IMG/VR virus record: IMGVR_UViG_3300028601_000030
Span: 15,601 to 79,600 of that record
Direction: 5' to 3' (one strand)
Length of the DNA stretch: 64,000 nucleotides
DNA from: a virus
Taxonomy: Duplodnaviria > Caudoviricetes
Under the pieces are notes generated by a model. It was not told the origin of the DNA and searched no databases. It was given only the letters and a program-made list of their open reading frames with translations. Position numbers and translations under genes: made by a program. This document shows, piece by piece, positions 18,079 to 26,887 of this stretch (position 1 is its first letter; each line of letters starts with the position of its first letter).

Positions 18079-18249
18079 TTACTGTACAGGGCCATCGTTT
18101 CCAAGAACTACAATCCCGTGCTGATTTTGCTGGGCAAACCGTACAGCGCGAATATGGGCATCTCGACCAGGTTTCCCGTGGCACTGATTGCAATTCTTCC
18201 AGCGACAAATTCCGTAAGCTGCTGCAATAGGACATTTTTTAGATTCCAT
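18079..18249 (-). CDS. Small Cys-rich protein (56 aa; not in ORF track)
   Basis: MESKKCPIAAAYGICRWKNCNQCHGK...; ATG 4 nt after the holin stop, fills the gap. Confidence 0.5.
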   Translation of the reverse strand: MESKKCPIAAAYGICRWKNCNQCHGKPGRDAHIRAVRFAQQNQHGIVVLGNDGPVQ

Positions 18250-18252
18250 TTT

Positions 18253-18654
18253 TCAATCAGTTTTCTTTGAATGATTGGTATAAAAATTATCTTGTTCCCG
18301 TCGTAGAGAAAAACAACCATCTATTTTCTTTTGTAGTATGGTTATGCTTTTTTCTCGTTCTCTGCAAACGGCATGTTGTTCTTTGCATTGCTGTTCTAAA
18401 GCGTCAATGCGATCTTCATGACTTTCATATTTGGTAAAAAGCAATTTTATCTGGTCCACTAATTCTTCTATTTTGTGGACAAGCGTGACGATCTCAGACT
18501 TTTCCATTTCTTCTTGTTTTCGAGCAATGTCTTGTTTCTGTTCCATAATAATATAGAACATCTTGTACATTATCCAAAAACTAAGCAGAAAAAATAAAGG
18601 TAAAATTGGTGTTCCCGGAGCCATAAGATATTTCCACAAACTCATAAAGTCCAT
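18253..18654 (-). CDS. Putative holin (one N-terminal TM helix plus coiled coil)
   Basis: Hydrophobic ILPLFFLLSFWIMYKMFYII; immediately downstream of the endolysin. Confidence 0.55.
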   Translation of the reverse strand: MDFMSLWKYLMAPGTPILPLFFLLSFWIMYKMFYIIMEQKQDIARKQEEMEKSEIVTLVHKIEELVDQIKLLFTKYESHEDRIDALEQQCKEQHAVCREREKSITILQKKIDGCFSLRREQDNFYTNHSKKTD

Positions 18655-18662
18655 AAAACCAC

Positions 18663-19082
18663 CTAAATCAATTCAAAGTGCGGAAAATCATCAAATTCAT
18701 TGTCGGAAGTTTTCCAATCTTTGTTCCAGTCACCTCCCCAACGAACACTTCTAGTCATTTTACCTTCTGACTTGAGTTTTGCAGCTATGCCAAGAACAAA
18801 GCCTGCATTTAAGTGAAAACGGTCGCGATCTTCCCAATCTTCTTGAGAAAATGGATACGGGATTAAATCTACGGCTTCGGACGGAACAGGGTTATGTTTA
18901 GAACCGCCAGCACGAACCTTTGTCTTGCCAGCTTTAAACAATTCTTCTTGTCGCGCACTAGAGCGATAACCTTCAATAAGAGATATGTTGATATGCTTAA
19001 TGACTTCATTCATCAGCACACGAAGTTCTGGGTGCAGAGAAGCAAGGACTTGTTTTGATCGTGAGCCGAAGTAATAAGACAT
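18663..19082 (-). CDS. Endolysin, peptidase M15 (L-Ala-D-Glu peptidase, T5-like)
   Basis: EGYRS..RQ, SKH....AVD zinc motif, WGGDW, DFPHFEL. Confidence 0.9.
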   Translation of the reverse strand: MSYYFGSRSKQVLASLHPELRVLMNEVIKHINISLIEGYRSSARQEELFKAGKTKVRAGGSKHNPVPSEAVDLIPYPFSQEDWEDRDRFHLNAGFVLGIAAKLKSEGKMTRSVRWGGDWNKDWKTSDNEFDDFPHFELI

Positions 19083-19109
19083 GTTTTCCTCCTATTGGAT
19101 ATTTGTGCA

Positions 19110-19138
19110 AAAGTAGCATATCATTTGGTTTTAGACAA
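19110..19138 (-). promoter_or_regulatory. Sigma70-like promoter for the lysis cassette
   Basis: TTGTCT-N17-TACTTT with extended TG, upstream of GGAGG and the endolysin ATG. Confidence 0.5.
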
Positions 19139-19142
19139 TTCT

Positions 19143-19370
19143 TTAAACTTCATGTTCAGTATACGGGAGGTTAGGAGCTTCGCCTTGTATTCTACCTGTT
19201 TGAATGAATGCTTTATTGCCTACCGCAACACTCGTACCTTTAACAATTGCTGTGCCTCCCCCAGGAAAAGAAACAAAGCTTGTCCCATCAGCTAAGTGGG
19301 AAGATACTGTAGCAACCAATACTGGATCTTTTGGCAAAAGCTTTTCAAACTGTTTCCATATATTACTCAT
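19143..19370 (-). CDS. Small tail tip protein
   Basis: MSNIWKQFEKLLPKDP...G...GRIQGEAPNLP; end of the tail operon. Confidence 0.65.
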   Translation of the reverse strand: MSNIWKQFEKLLPKDPVLVATVSSHLADGTSFVSFPGGGTAIVKGTSVAVGNKAFIQTGRIQGEAPNLPYTEHEV

Positions 19371-19373
19371 GGT

Positions 19374-21629
19374 CTAACTCCCGAGATACTTCATAACGGA
19401 AATATCTTGATAAACTCCAGGACGCTGGGAACTAACAGCAACCGACTGCACTTGCCCTCTCCAAGTTACTCCTAAATCAGTAACAGAAATAAGCATTCCT
19501 GGAATAAGTAATCCTGGATTATCGAACAACGGAGCTTGGATATTTACAATCTCTCGCGTTCCACTGTCCGCCAATATCTTCGCGCCTAATTGTTGTGCTG
19601 CGTAAACATCAGTTATAAGTGGGTCTGTTACCATCTGCGGTTGTTCAGAACCATCTGTACCAGTACGTTTTATCAAACAAGACACACCTTGATTCTGGCC
19701 ACTAACGTACACACCATTGTATTGTACTTGAGAATTATGGGTTACACCTTTATTTTGATAGCTTGGCAAGGAAGCATCAATTATAGCTCCTCCCCAATCC
19801 CAAGGCAAAGTGGCATATCTTGGAAGTAAACTGATAATCGTAGTGTTCGGTGCGCTCTGCACAATTCCCCCGGCAGCCGCGGCAATCGTCACCAATTCTT
19901 GTATTGGTGTTTTATCCGTCACGCTGTAGACATTTGCTGGAACTAACCAGTCATTCAACTGCCAATCTACAGTAAAACCTGTGTTCAAAATCGCTTCTTC
20001 CGCGAGCTGTACCGCTTGTCTTTGACTCGATTGTACGTAACTCTTAGGTCTTACGTAAGGAGCAGCAAGCTGTGCGCTAGGACTGCGGCCTGAGATTGAA
20101 TAAGTGCGCTGTCCGAACGCTCTACTCTCGCCATAGTCTTCAATTATGAATCGCCACTTGTTTCCATTGATTGTGGCTTCTACTTCAACCGGTGAGCCAG
20201 AAGGCACTACAAGGTCGAGGTCTTCTCGTCTTCTTAAATTTGCTTTGAATCCCCAACACCAATTATCTAATGAACCTTCAATGCTCATGCTTTGAATTGG
20301 TATAAGGGCGCTATCTGAAACTCTCCGCAGAGTGACGGTATTCATAATTATGTAATAACTCCTTATATCAGCTTTTGGTGTAGGTTTTATGTAATCATCA
20401 TCTGGGTTATAATCGTACTTGTCTTGAGGACCGGTTCTGTATCCATCATAGCAAACTTCATCGTAATTTGAAGTCTTATCTTCGAAGTACAATGGAAATT
20501 CCAGCATTCCCCGACTTGTCACATTCAGCGTTGCACCTATGCTACCACGCATTTCAATTTTGGTGTTGTCTTTACCTATTGGTCTATAACCAAACATTCC
20601 ACCTGAAGGGAATGAATAATACCGATTCTCTGGTGCAGGACTTATTGATAGTGGTTCAGGTAATCTTATGTACTCCTGTGGATTTATTTCAAATGCAACC
20701 TCAGAGAAATATTGACTTGGTACTTGGTCTTTTTCAGAATCCCAGACAAATACAACTTCACCATAAGCTGTTTCCCAAGTACGTTCACACCATTTAGGAA
20801 ACCAATTAGGACCACTATATATTGGTATCTCTCTATCTTTTGGGTCTGGGTGGGAATAAGCAAACACGTTCTTTATATCGTGTAAGGCTTTGAATTGGTC
20901 CCAAGGTACAACTTTTCCGAAATCTTTAAATTCAGGTGCTGTGTATCCATGGGAAATGTCATGGGCCAATTCTTTAACAAACTTATCCCAAAGAATATGT
21001 TTCTCTAAATCCTTTGTTGCTGGTGAGGTATATCCAGTTGCAACATTACTTTCGTATTGGTTAATTAAATCTTGGAAAGATGCAATCGTTTCACGATCTT
21101 GTTTTGGAATGAAATCCCACAAACTGCTGAAGTGTCGGAATAGATCATCCATCGCACCCCAAGGAATAATCTTCTCTTTTGCATTATTTATTGGAGCACT
21201 ATTTGAAGGAGCACTTATTTGAGGATCAAGCAGGTTAAATTTATTCCAAGGGGCTTTAACCTCATTCTTGTTTGGTTGGCGAACAAACCATGACGGTGCA
21301 AGCTCAGATTCAATGCCCGTGAAGCCAGATATACCTAACGTTATGTTTACGTTGGTTTCCCCAAGGAGAAGTGAATCCGTAAGCTCTGCGGCATTTCCTT
21401 CTATCGTCCCTAACGCTTCGGCAACCCAAGGAATGAGTAAAAGTTCTGGTGTGCTTGCTGATACTGTGATGCTATCGACAACATGCCATGACGTAGAATC
21501 CAGAACGGCTTCGTTTCCAGTGACATTGATTGCCACCGGATATGAAAACCACCCAAGCAGAAGGATTATATCAAATTCTGTAGGGGTAGCCGATACTGGA
21601 TCTTTTGTTATGGTTTGTCGGCTAAACAT
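19374..21629 (-). CDS. Tail tip / baseplate hub-like protein
   Basis: C-terminal hub-like region (SIEGSLDNWCWGF, ISGRSPSAQL, YNGVYVSGQ, PGLLIPG). Confidence 0.7.
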   Translation of the reverse strand: MFSRQTITKDPVSATPTEFDIILLLGWFSYPVAINVTGNEAVLDSTSWHVVDSITVSASTPELLLIPWVAEALGTIEGNAAELTDSLLLGETNVNITLGISGFTGIESELAPSWFVRQPNKNEVKAPWNKFNLLDPQISAPSNSAPINNAKEKIIPWGAMDDLFRHFSSLWDFIPKQDRETIASFQDLINQYESNVATGYTSPATKDLEKHILWDKFVKELAHDISHGYTAPEFKDFGKVVPWDQFKALHDIKNVFAYSHPDPKDREIPIYSGPNWFPKWCERTWETAYGEVVFVWDSEKDQVPSQYFSEVAFEINPQEYIRLPEPLSISPAPENRYYSFPSGGMFGYRPIGKDNTKIEMRGSIGATLNVTSRGMLEFPLYFEDKTSNYDEVCYDGYRTGPQDKYDYNPDDDYIKPTPKADIRSYYIIMNTVTLRRVSDSALIPIQSMSIEGSLDNWCWGFKANLRRREDLDLVVPSGSPVEVEATINGNKWRFIIEDYGESRAFGQRTYSISGRSPSAQLAAPYVRPKSYVQSSQRQAVQLAEEAILNTGFTVDWQLNDWLVPANVYSVTDKTPIQELVTIAAAAGGIVQSAPNTTIISLLPRYATLPWDWGGAIIDASLPSYQNKGVTHNSQVQYNGVYVSGQNQGVSCLIKRTGTDGSEQPQMVTDPLITDVYAAQQLGAKILADSGTREIVNIQAPLFDNPGLLIPGMLISVTDLGVTWRGQVQSVAVSSQRPGVYQDISVMKYLGS

Positions 21630-21640
21630 TCTTTATCCCA

Positions 21641-21802
21641 TTAAATAGGTTCTACTTTTGAACCTTTTTGACCAACCCATACATTTTTGTCTCTGGTATT
21701 ATCCGTACACACATATAACTCCCCACCTTCTAGGTCTTGCCATAGATAGGGAGTTACTGGTGGATTTACATAAATATTTGGTGGTCTATTTGCAGTTATC
21801 AT
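21641..21802 (-). CDS. Stand-alone tail adaptor-like domain, copy 3 (53 aa; not in ORF track)
   Basis: MITANRPPNIYVNPPVTPYLWQDLEGGELYVCTDNTRDKNVWVGQKG matches the NP..W....GE..C...T..N.W.G motif of its neighbours. Confidence 0.75.
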   Translation of the reverse strand: MITANRPPNIYVNPPVTPYLWQDLEGGELYVCTDNTRDKNVWVGQKGSKVEPI

Positions 21803-21821
21803 AATTTATACCTTTATACCT

Positions 21822-22649
21822 TTATATATTGTCTGCACGTTCATGAACATAAATCTTGTCTGAACCATTATCACAACTGATCAGGTTTGTTCCATCGAAA
21901 GTCAATCCTGATGGATATGATGATGGTGATGAAAAGGATGTTAAAATGTTTTGGGAAACACCATCATGAACATAAATCTTTTTTGAATCATAATCACAAC
22001 TGATCAGGTTTGTTCCATCGAAAGTTAAACCATATGGATATCGTGATGGTGATGAAAATGATGTCAAAATGGTTGAAGATATTCCATCATGAACATAAAT
22101 CTTTTTTGAATCACTATCACAACTGATCAGGTTTGTTCCATCGAAAGTTAAACCTCTTGGATATCGTGATGGTGTTGAAAATGATGTTAAAATTGAACTG
22201 GAAACACCATCATGAACATAAATCTTTTCTGAACCATTCTCACAACTGATCAGGTTTGTTCCATCGAAAGTTAAACCTCTTGGATATCGTGATGGTGTTG
22301 AAAATGATGTTAAAATTGAACTGGAAACACCATCATGAACATAAATCTTTTCTGAATTATAATCACAACTGATCAGGTTTGTTCCATCGAAAGCTAGTCC
22401 TGATGGATTTGATGATGGTGATGAAAATGATGCCATAATCTGCCCATGAGGCAAAGAATAATACCGTACCATTGTACCTAATTGACCAACCCACACATTA
22501 AAATCTGGAGTGAGGTCAGTACAAATAAAAATTTCCCCGGTAGACAAATTCAGCCATGTTTTGCCAATTCTACCGGGGTTTACTGTAAGCGTTGGATTCT
22601 CTTTGTATATGTAATCGAAACCAGAAAAAGGTCTTATTTGATCAATCAT
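21822..22649 (-). CDS. Adaptor domain plus five 41-aa beta-propeller repeats (paralog C); putative receptor-binding protein
   Basis: 5 x SxPSxxPxGLTFDGTNLISCDxxSxKIYVHDG. Confidence 0.8.
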   Translation of the reverse strand: MIDQIRPFSGFDYIYKENPTLTVNPGRIGKTWLNLSTGEIFICTDLTPDFNVWVGQLGTMVRYYSLPHGQIMASFSSPSSNPSGLAFDGTNLISCDYNSEKIYVHDGVSSSILTSFSTPSRYPRGLTFDGTNLISCENGSEKIYVHDGVSSSILTSFSTPSRYPRGLTFDGTNLISCDSDSKKIYVHDGISSTILTSFSSPSRYPYGLTFDGTNLISCDYDSKKIYVHDGVSQNILTSFSSPSSYPSGLTFDGTNLISCDNGSDKIYVHERADNI

Positions 22650-22661
22650 GGGAAACTCCTA

Positions 22662-22877
22662 CTAAGAAACACTTGTACCGAAATTACCTTTCCATACATT
22701 AGCATTCCTTGTATTGTCTAGGCAAACAAATATCTCACCAGTTAAAGTGTTTAGCCAGGTAGCATATAAAGATGATGGATTGATATCTATAGTTGGAAGA
22801 CCAGCATATACATAATCATACCGGTCTGCCCATGTATGCACTATTTCTTGTTCTGGTATATTTCCTATATAATTCAT
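22662..22877 (-). CDS. Stand-alone tail adaptor-like domain, copy 2
   Basis: PTIDINP...WLNTLTGEIFVCLDNT..ANVWKG. Confidence 0.8.
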   Translation of the reverse strand: MNYIGNIPEQEIVHTWADRYDYVYAGLPTIDINPSSLYATWLNTLTGEIFVCLDNTRNANVWKGNFGTSVS

Positions 22878-22887
22878 AAATCACCTT

Positions 22888-23775
22888 CTATGAAGGGGTA
22901 AATTCAAACGGAGCGTAAGTGGATACTTGCCCATCTATCCTAGCATGAACATAAATCCTTTTTGAATCATAATCACAACTGATCAGGTTTGTTCCATCGA
23001 AAGCTAAACCTATTGGAGTTGTTGATGGTGATGAAAATGATGTTAAAATGTTTTGGGAAACACCATCATGAACATAAATCTTGTCTGAATTATAATCACA
23101 ACTGATAAGGTTTGTTCCATCGAAAGTTAGTCCATATGTATATGTTGATGGTGTTGAAAATGATGTCAAAATGTTTTGGGAAACACCATCATGAACATAA
23201 ATCATGTCTGCACTATTATCACAACTGATCAGGTTTGTTCCATCGAAAGTTAAACCTATTGGATTTGATGATGGTGAAGGAAATGAAGTCAAAATTGTTG
23301 AAGAAACACCATCATGAACATAAATCATGTCTGAATAAATATCACAACTGATCAGGTTTGTTCCATCGAAAGTCAAACCTGTTGGACGTGATGATGGTGA
23401 TGGAAAAGATGTTAAAATGTTTTGGGAAACACCATCATGAACATAAATCCTTTTTGAATTATAATCACAACTGATCAGGTTTGTTCCATCGAAAGTTAAA
23501 CCTCTTGGATATGTTGATGGTGAAGCAAAGCTTCTTTCAATGGCTTCTTGTGGCATTGAATACACTGCAATCAAAGTTCTGTAAGTACCTTTCCAGATAT
23601 TTGCACCCAATGTATTATCTAGGCAAACAAATATCTCACCAGTTAAAGTGTTCAACCATGTCATGTTGAGAATGGGCGGATTTACATCTATAGTGGGATT
23701 ATCCGTAAAAATGTAATTATGCGGCAATCGCTGCGACATATTTACCATTCTGTAATTTTGTTTGCCTAGATACAT
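22888..23775 (-). CDS. Adaptor domain plus five 41-aa propeller repeats (paralog B)
   Basis: Same architecture as 21822-22649. Confidence 0.8.
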   Translation of the reverse strand: MYLGKQNYRMVNMSQRLPHNYIFTDNPTIDVNPPILNMTWLNTLTGEIFVCLDNTLGANIWKGTYRTLIAVYSMPQEAIERSFASPSTYPRGLTFDGTNLISCDYNSKRIYVHDGVSQNILTSFPSPSSRPTGLTFDGTNLISCDIYSDMIYVHDGVSSTILTSFPSPSSNPIGLTFDGTNLISCDNSADMIYVHDGVSQNILTSFSTPSTYTYGLTFDGTNLISCDYNSDKIYVHDGVSQNILTSFSSPSTTPIGLAFDGTNLISCDYDSKRIYVHARIDGQVSTYAPFEFTPS

Positions 23776-23957
23776 TATGAAACCTCCCCATCAATATATT
23801 TCCATACGACATTGGTTGGGTTATTATTTACACAAGTAAATAATGCACCTGTTTCCGTATTCAACCAGATAAACGGTATAAATGGAGGAATATCTTCATG
23901 CGTTGGATTTCTAGTCGCTGCATAGTGGCAGATATTTTGAGCTTCTTGTTTAAGCAT
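23775..23957 (-). CDS. Stand-alone tail adaptor-like domain, copy 1
   Basis: NPTHED..PFIWLNTETGALFTCVNNNP.NVVW; ATG 23957 overlaps the upstream TAA. Confidence 0.75.
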   Translation of the reverse strand: MLKQEAQNICHYAATRNPTHEDIPPFIPFIWLNTETGALFTCVNNNPTNVVWKYIDGEVS

Positions 23958-24832
23958 TATCCCACCGTTGATATATAAGAACGCCAATAAGGAACAACTT
24001 GCCCATCCTCCCTTGCATGAACATAAATCTTGTCTGAAGCACTATCACAACTGATCAGGTTTGTTCCATCGAAAGCTAGTCCTGATGGATTTGATGATGG
24101 TGATGAAAATGATGTTAAAATTGAACTGGAAACACCATCATGAACATAAATCTTGTCTGAACCACTATCACAACTGATCAGGTTTGTTCCATCGAAAGTT
24201 AAACCTCTTGGAGATGATGATGGTGTTGAAAATGATGTTAAAATGTTTTGGGAAACACCATCATGAACATAAATCCTGTCTGAACCCGGGTCACAACTGA
24301 TCAGGTTTGTTCCATCGAAAGCTAGTCCTGTTGGAGATGCGGATGGTGATGAAAATGATGTTAAAATGTTTTGGGAAACACCATCATGAACATAAATCCT
24401 GTCTGAACCCAGGTCACAACTGATCAGGTTTGTTCCATCGAAAGTTAAACCTGATGGATATGATGATGGTGATGGAAAGGATGTTAAAATGGTTGAAGAA
24501 ACACCATCATGAACATAAATCCTGTCTGAACCACTATCACAACTGATCAGGTTTGTTCCATCGAAAGTTAGTCCATATGGAAAAGTTGATGGTGAAGGAA
24601 ATGATGTTACTACAGAGTATTTAGGTAAGGAATATGCCATGATAATGGTCTTATACGAACCTCTCCAAGAATTTGCATCTATGGTATTTTTAGTGCAGAC
24701 AAACAATTCTCCTGTGGTAATGTTCATCCAAGTTGCGTACTGCTTTCTTGGATTTACATCAATTGTAGGATTACCCTTACTCACATAATCGAACTGTGGA
24801 CCTTCCATTATATGTTGTTGCATGAGGCCCAT
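23957..24832 (-). CDS. Adaptor domain plus five 41-aa propeller repeats (paralog A)
   Basis: Same architecture as 21822-22649. Confidence 0.8.
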   Translation of the reverse strand: MGLMQQHIMEGPQFDYVSKGNPTIDVNPRKQYATWMNITTGELFVCTKNTIDANSWRGSYKTIIMAYSLPKYSVVTSFPSPSTFPYGLTFDGTNLISCDSGSDRIYVHDGVSSTILTSFPSPSSYPSGLTFDGTNLISCDLGSDRIYVHDGVSQNILTSFSSPSASPTGLAFDGTNLISCDPGSDRIYVHDGVSQNILTSFSTPSSSPRGLTFDGTNLISCDSGSDKIYVHDGVSSSILTSFSSPSSNPSGLAFDGTNLISCDSASDKIYVHAREDGQVVPYWRSYISTVG

Positions 24833-25143
24833 CAGCTCATCTCCATATAACTGATAAGATATTCAACACCAGCATCCACAGAACAAAGCTCTTTTATCGT
24901 ATCTCCAGCATTCAATACTTGTTTGCCGCTCAACAACGGTAGAGTAGAACCTTCAGGTAATGGTACATTCTTCACCAAATAAGTATCAGATGGTGTAAGT
25001 TGCACATCAATATTCACCTGGTACCCAGCAACATTCGCTACAGTGAAACCGATAATAACCCACTGAACACCATCTGGAACAGTAGCTATAGTTGAGCCTG
25101 CAGATGTTCCGGTTGCTACTATTCGATCAAAAGAGTTAGCCAT
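24832..25143 (-). CDS. Small tail-associated protein (103 aa)
   Basis: Beta-rich; follows ...VIALG of the upstream tail gene. Confidence 0.7.
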   Translation of the reverse strand: MANSFDRIVATGTSAGSTIATVPDGVQWVIIGFTVANVAGYQVNIDVQLTPSDTYLVKNVPLPEGSTLPLLSGKQVLNAGDTIKELCSVDAGVEYLISYMEMS

Positions 25144-25153
25144 TTATATTCTC

Positions 25154-26446
25154 CTATCCAAGAGCAATAACCATTGCCACGATGTCTGCATTGGTTGCTA
25201 CAGAACTTCCCGGCACAACTACAGCAGAAAGGTCTGTGATGTTCGGTTCATTGGGTTCTGAATAAATATCAGTCAAGCTTGTATCGCTCAACGATGACGC
25301 ATAGATGTTGATTCCCGCTAAATTTAACACGCAGAAATCACTTTCACCATTGATTTTGTACCCTAACGCTAAGTTGTTAGTGGGAGTCGTTGTTTTAATG
25401 CTTGCTGTGAGAGGCGTTTCCGCAACACCATTCACAACCAGATTTAAATCTGTTCCATCATAACGCAATGCTACATGGTATTCAGTAGAAGCAGAAATTG
25501 CTTTGGTGATAGTTTGCTCAGTGTCTGTATCATCAAGCACAGCAACTACAAGGTTTCCTGTAGCTGTGAGTTTCATGTGCAGATAACCATCAGTATCAAG
25601 TCCTGATTGATTACTGAGGAAAACACCATCTGCAAGGGTGTCGGCTGTTTCCATCCAAAACGTTAAAGTGAATGGAGCAGAATGATCTAATCCAAAATCG
25701 GTCAAGGTGACTTTACTGCTTGTTCCATTTAATTGAACACCATCACCAGCAACTCCGTCTTTCTTCCAGCGCAGACAATCGACACACACGGCATCTTGGT
25801 ATCCTGATGCGTTTCTCCACACATCGTTGAAAAACATGTCACTTTTAAATGTTTGTCCTGTGGGAACTGGTGTGTCTGGTTCTGTATGAGTAGTGGTATA
25901 TTGCCCTATAGCGATGAACTCTACTTGTTGGCCAGCAGTAAGCCCTGTATTGAAAACAACCGTTGCTCCATCAACTGCGGAATATTCAGACTCAGCAACC
26001 AATTTACCATCTACATAAACTTCAAGTGAACCACGAATATATATGTGGTCAAAAGTAGTTTGGCCTTCTGTAGCAATCTGGTAACCACGATTGAAGGTGA
26101 CATTACCTTGGTTTATTACAAACCCAGCTATGTGGTCAAGTGCTGCGGCTGTTGCTGTGTTGAAGATGGTCTTTGAACCAGCTGCCCAAGGAACTTTAAG
26201 ATCATTGTTGGAACTAGCAAGTATGGTATCTCTGGTAAGTGTGGTTGAAGTGCCTACGATTATCTGACCATAACCAATTTCCCAATTATCTAAACCTTCA
26301 CAGCAGTAATAGCACCACTCACCGTCACCGATACCTTCTACAAATGTTCTTTCAAGAGGATCAGTTGTTCCTTCAAGAACATAATCAGAAGAACCTTCGG
26401 TAGTGGTTGCTTCACGAACTCTGTCACCGTATTTCAGTAAGGCCAT
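25154..26446 (-). CDS. Tail fibre-like protein with C-terminal LamG/ConA-like domain
   Basis: N-terminal GDRVREATTT.G...WEIG.G...LTR..ILASSN; C-terminal FTLTFW..EYHVALRYDG...VVNG. Confidence 0.65.
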   Translation of the reverse strand: MALLKYGDRVREATTTEGSSDYVLEGTTDPLERTFVEGIGDGEWCYYCCEGLDNWEIGYGQIIVGTSTTLTRDTILASSNNDLKVPWAAGSKTIFNTATAAALDHIAGFVINQGNVTFNRGYQIATEGQTTFDHIYIRGSLEVYVDGKLVAESEYSAVDGATVVFNTGLTAGQQVEFIAIGQYTTTHTEPDTPVPTGQTFKSDMFFNDVWRNASGYQDAVCVDCLRWKKDGVAGDGVQLNGTSSKVTLTDFGLDHSAPFTLTFWMETADTLADGVFLSNQSGLDTDGYLHMKLTATGNLVVAVLDDTDTEQTITKAISASTEYHVALRYDGTDLNLVVNGVAETPLTASIKTTTPTNNLALGYKINGESDFCVLNLAGINIYASSLSDTSLTDIYSEPNEPNITDLSAVVVPGSSVATNADIVAMVIALG

Positions 26447-26455
26447 GATCTATCC

Positions 26456-26875
26456 TTAATTGAAGGTGAACTTAACAGCACCAGGATTAAACTCTGGAGC
26501 AGGGGCACCATTGGGCACATTCTTATTTGACGCTAAAGGAGAAAATATCAAAAGATTTCCACCATTTGCTAAATCAGCATCAAACAATCCCCAACCAACG
26601 ATTGTTCCCCAATCTTCTTGAGGAGTTGGGAAAATGATCGAAAACAGATTGTAAAATTCACCATTACCGTCAACAGGTTCTGTCCAATGGGTGTTTGACG
26701 GTCCGTAAGCAACCCTACCATACGATGCCGCTGGACACTCAATGCCACCTGTTCCATCGTCAGCAGTAGGCAATGTTGTGAATAAACCCATGTACAAAGT
26801 AGTTGGTTTAGTAAAGGCCGCATCTCGGAACAAGTGATTCCCAAGTTGCTGTTCTAAGTAGTCGGTCATACCCAT
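26456..26875 (-). CDS. Virion structural protein (tail)
   Basis: MTDYLE...LYMGLFT..P...GG.E...SYGR...IIFPT..WGTI..WGLFDA...GNLL. Confidence 0.7.
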   Translation of the reverse strand: MGMTDYLEQQLGNHLFRDAAFTKPTTLYMGLFTTLPTADDGTGGIECPAASYGRVAYGPSNTHWTEPVDGNGEFYNLFSIIFPTPQEDWGTIVGWGLFDADLANGGNLLIFSPLASNKNVPNGAPAPEFNPGAVKFTFN

Positions 26876-26887
26876 ATCGAAAACTCC

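Larger units (their letters stand above)
21840..24610. repeat. Fifteen near-identical 123-bp coding repeats in three arrays of five
   Basis: Core TCACAACTGATCAGGTTTGTTCCATCGAAAG recurs every 123 bp in about 21840-22435, 22945-23530 and 24015-24610. Confidence 0.95.

Noticed and set aside
21840-24610. 123-bp repeat arrays as CRISPR
   Set aside because: Units are in-frame coding repeats without unique spacers, and no cas genes are present.
21840-24610. Calling a complete diversity-generating retroelement
   Set aside because: No reverse transcriptase or non-coding template repeat in the window; kept only as a low-score hypothesis.
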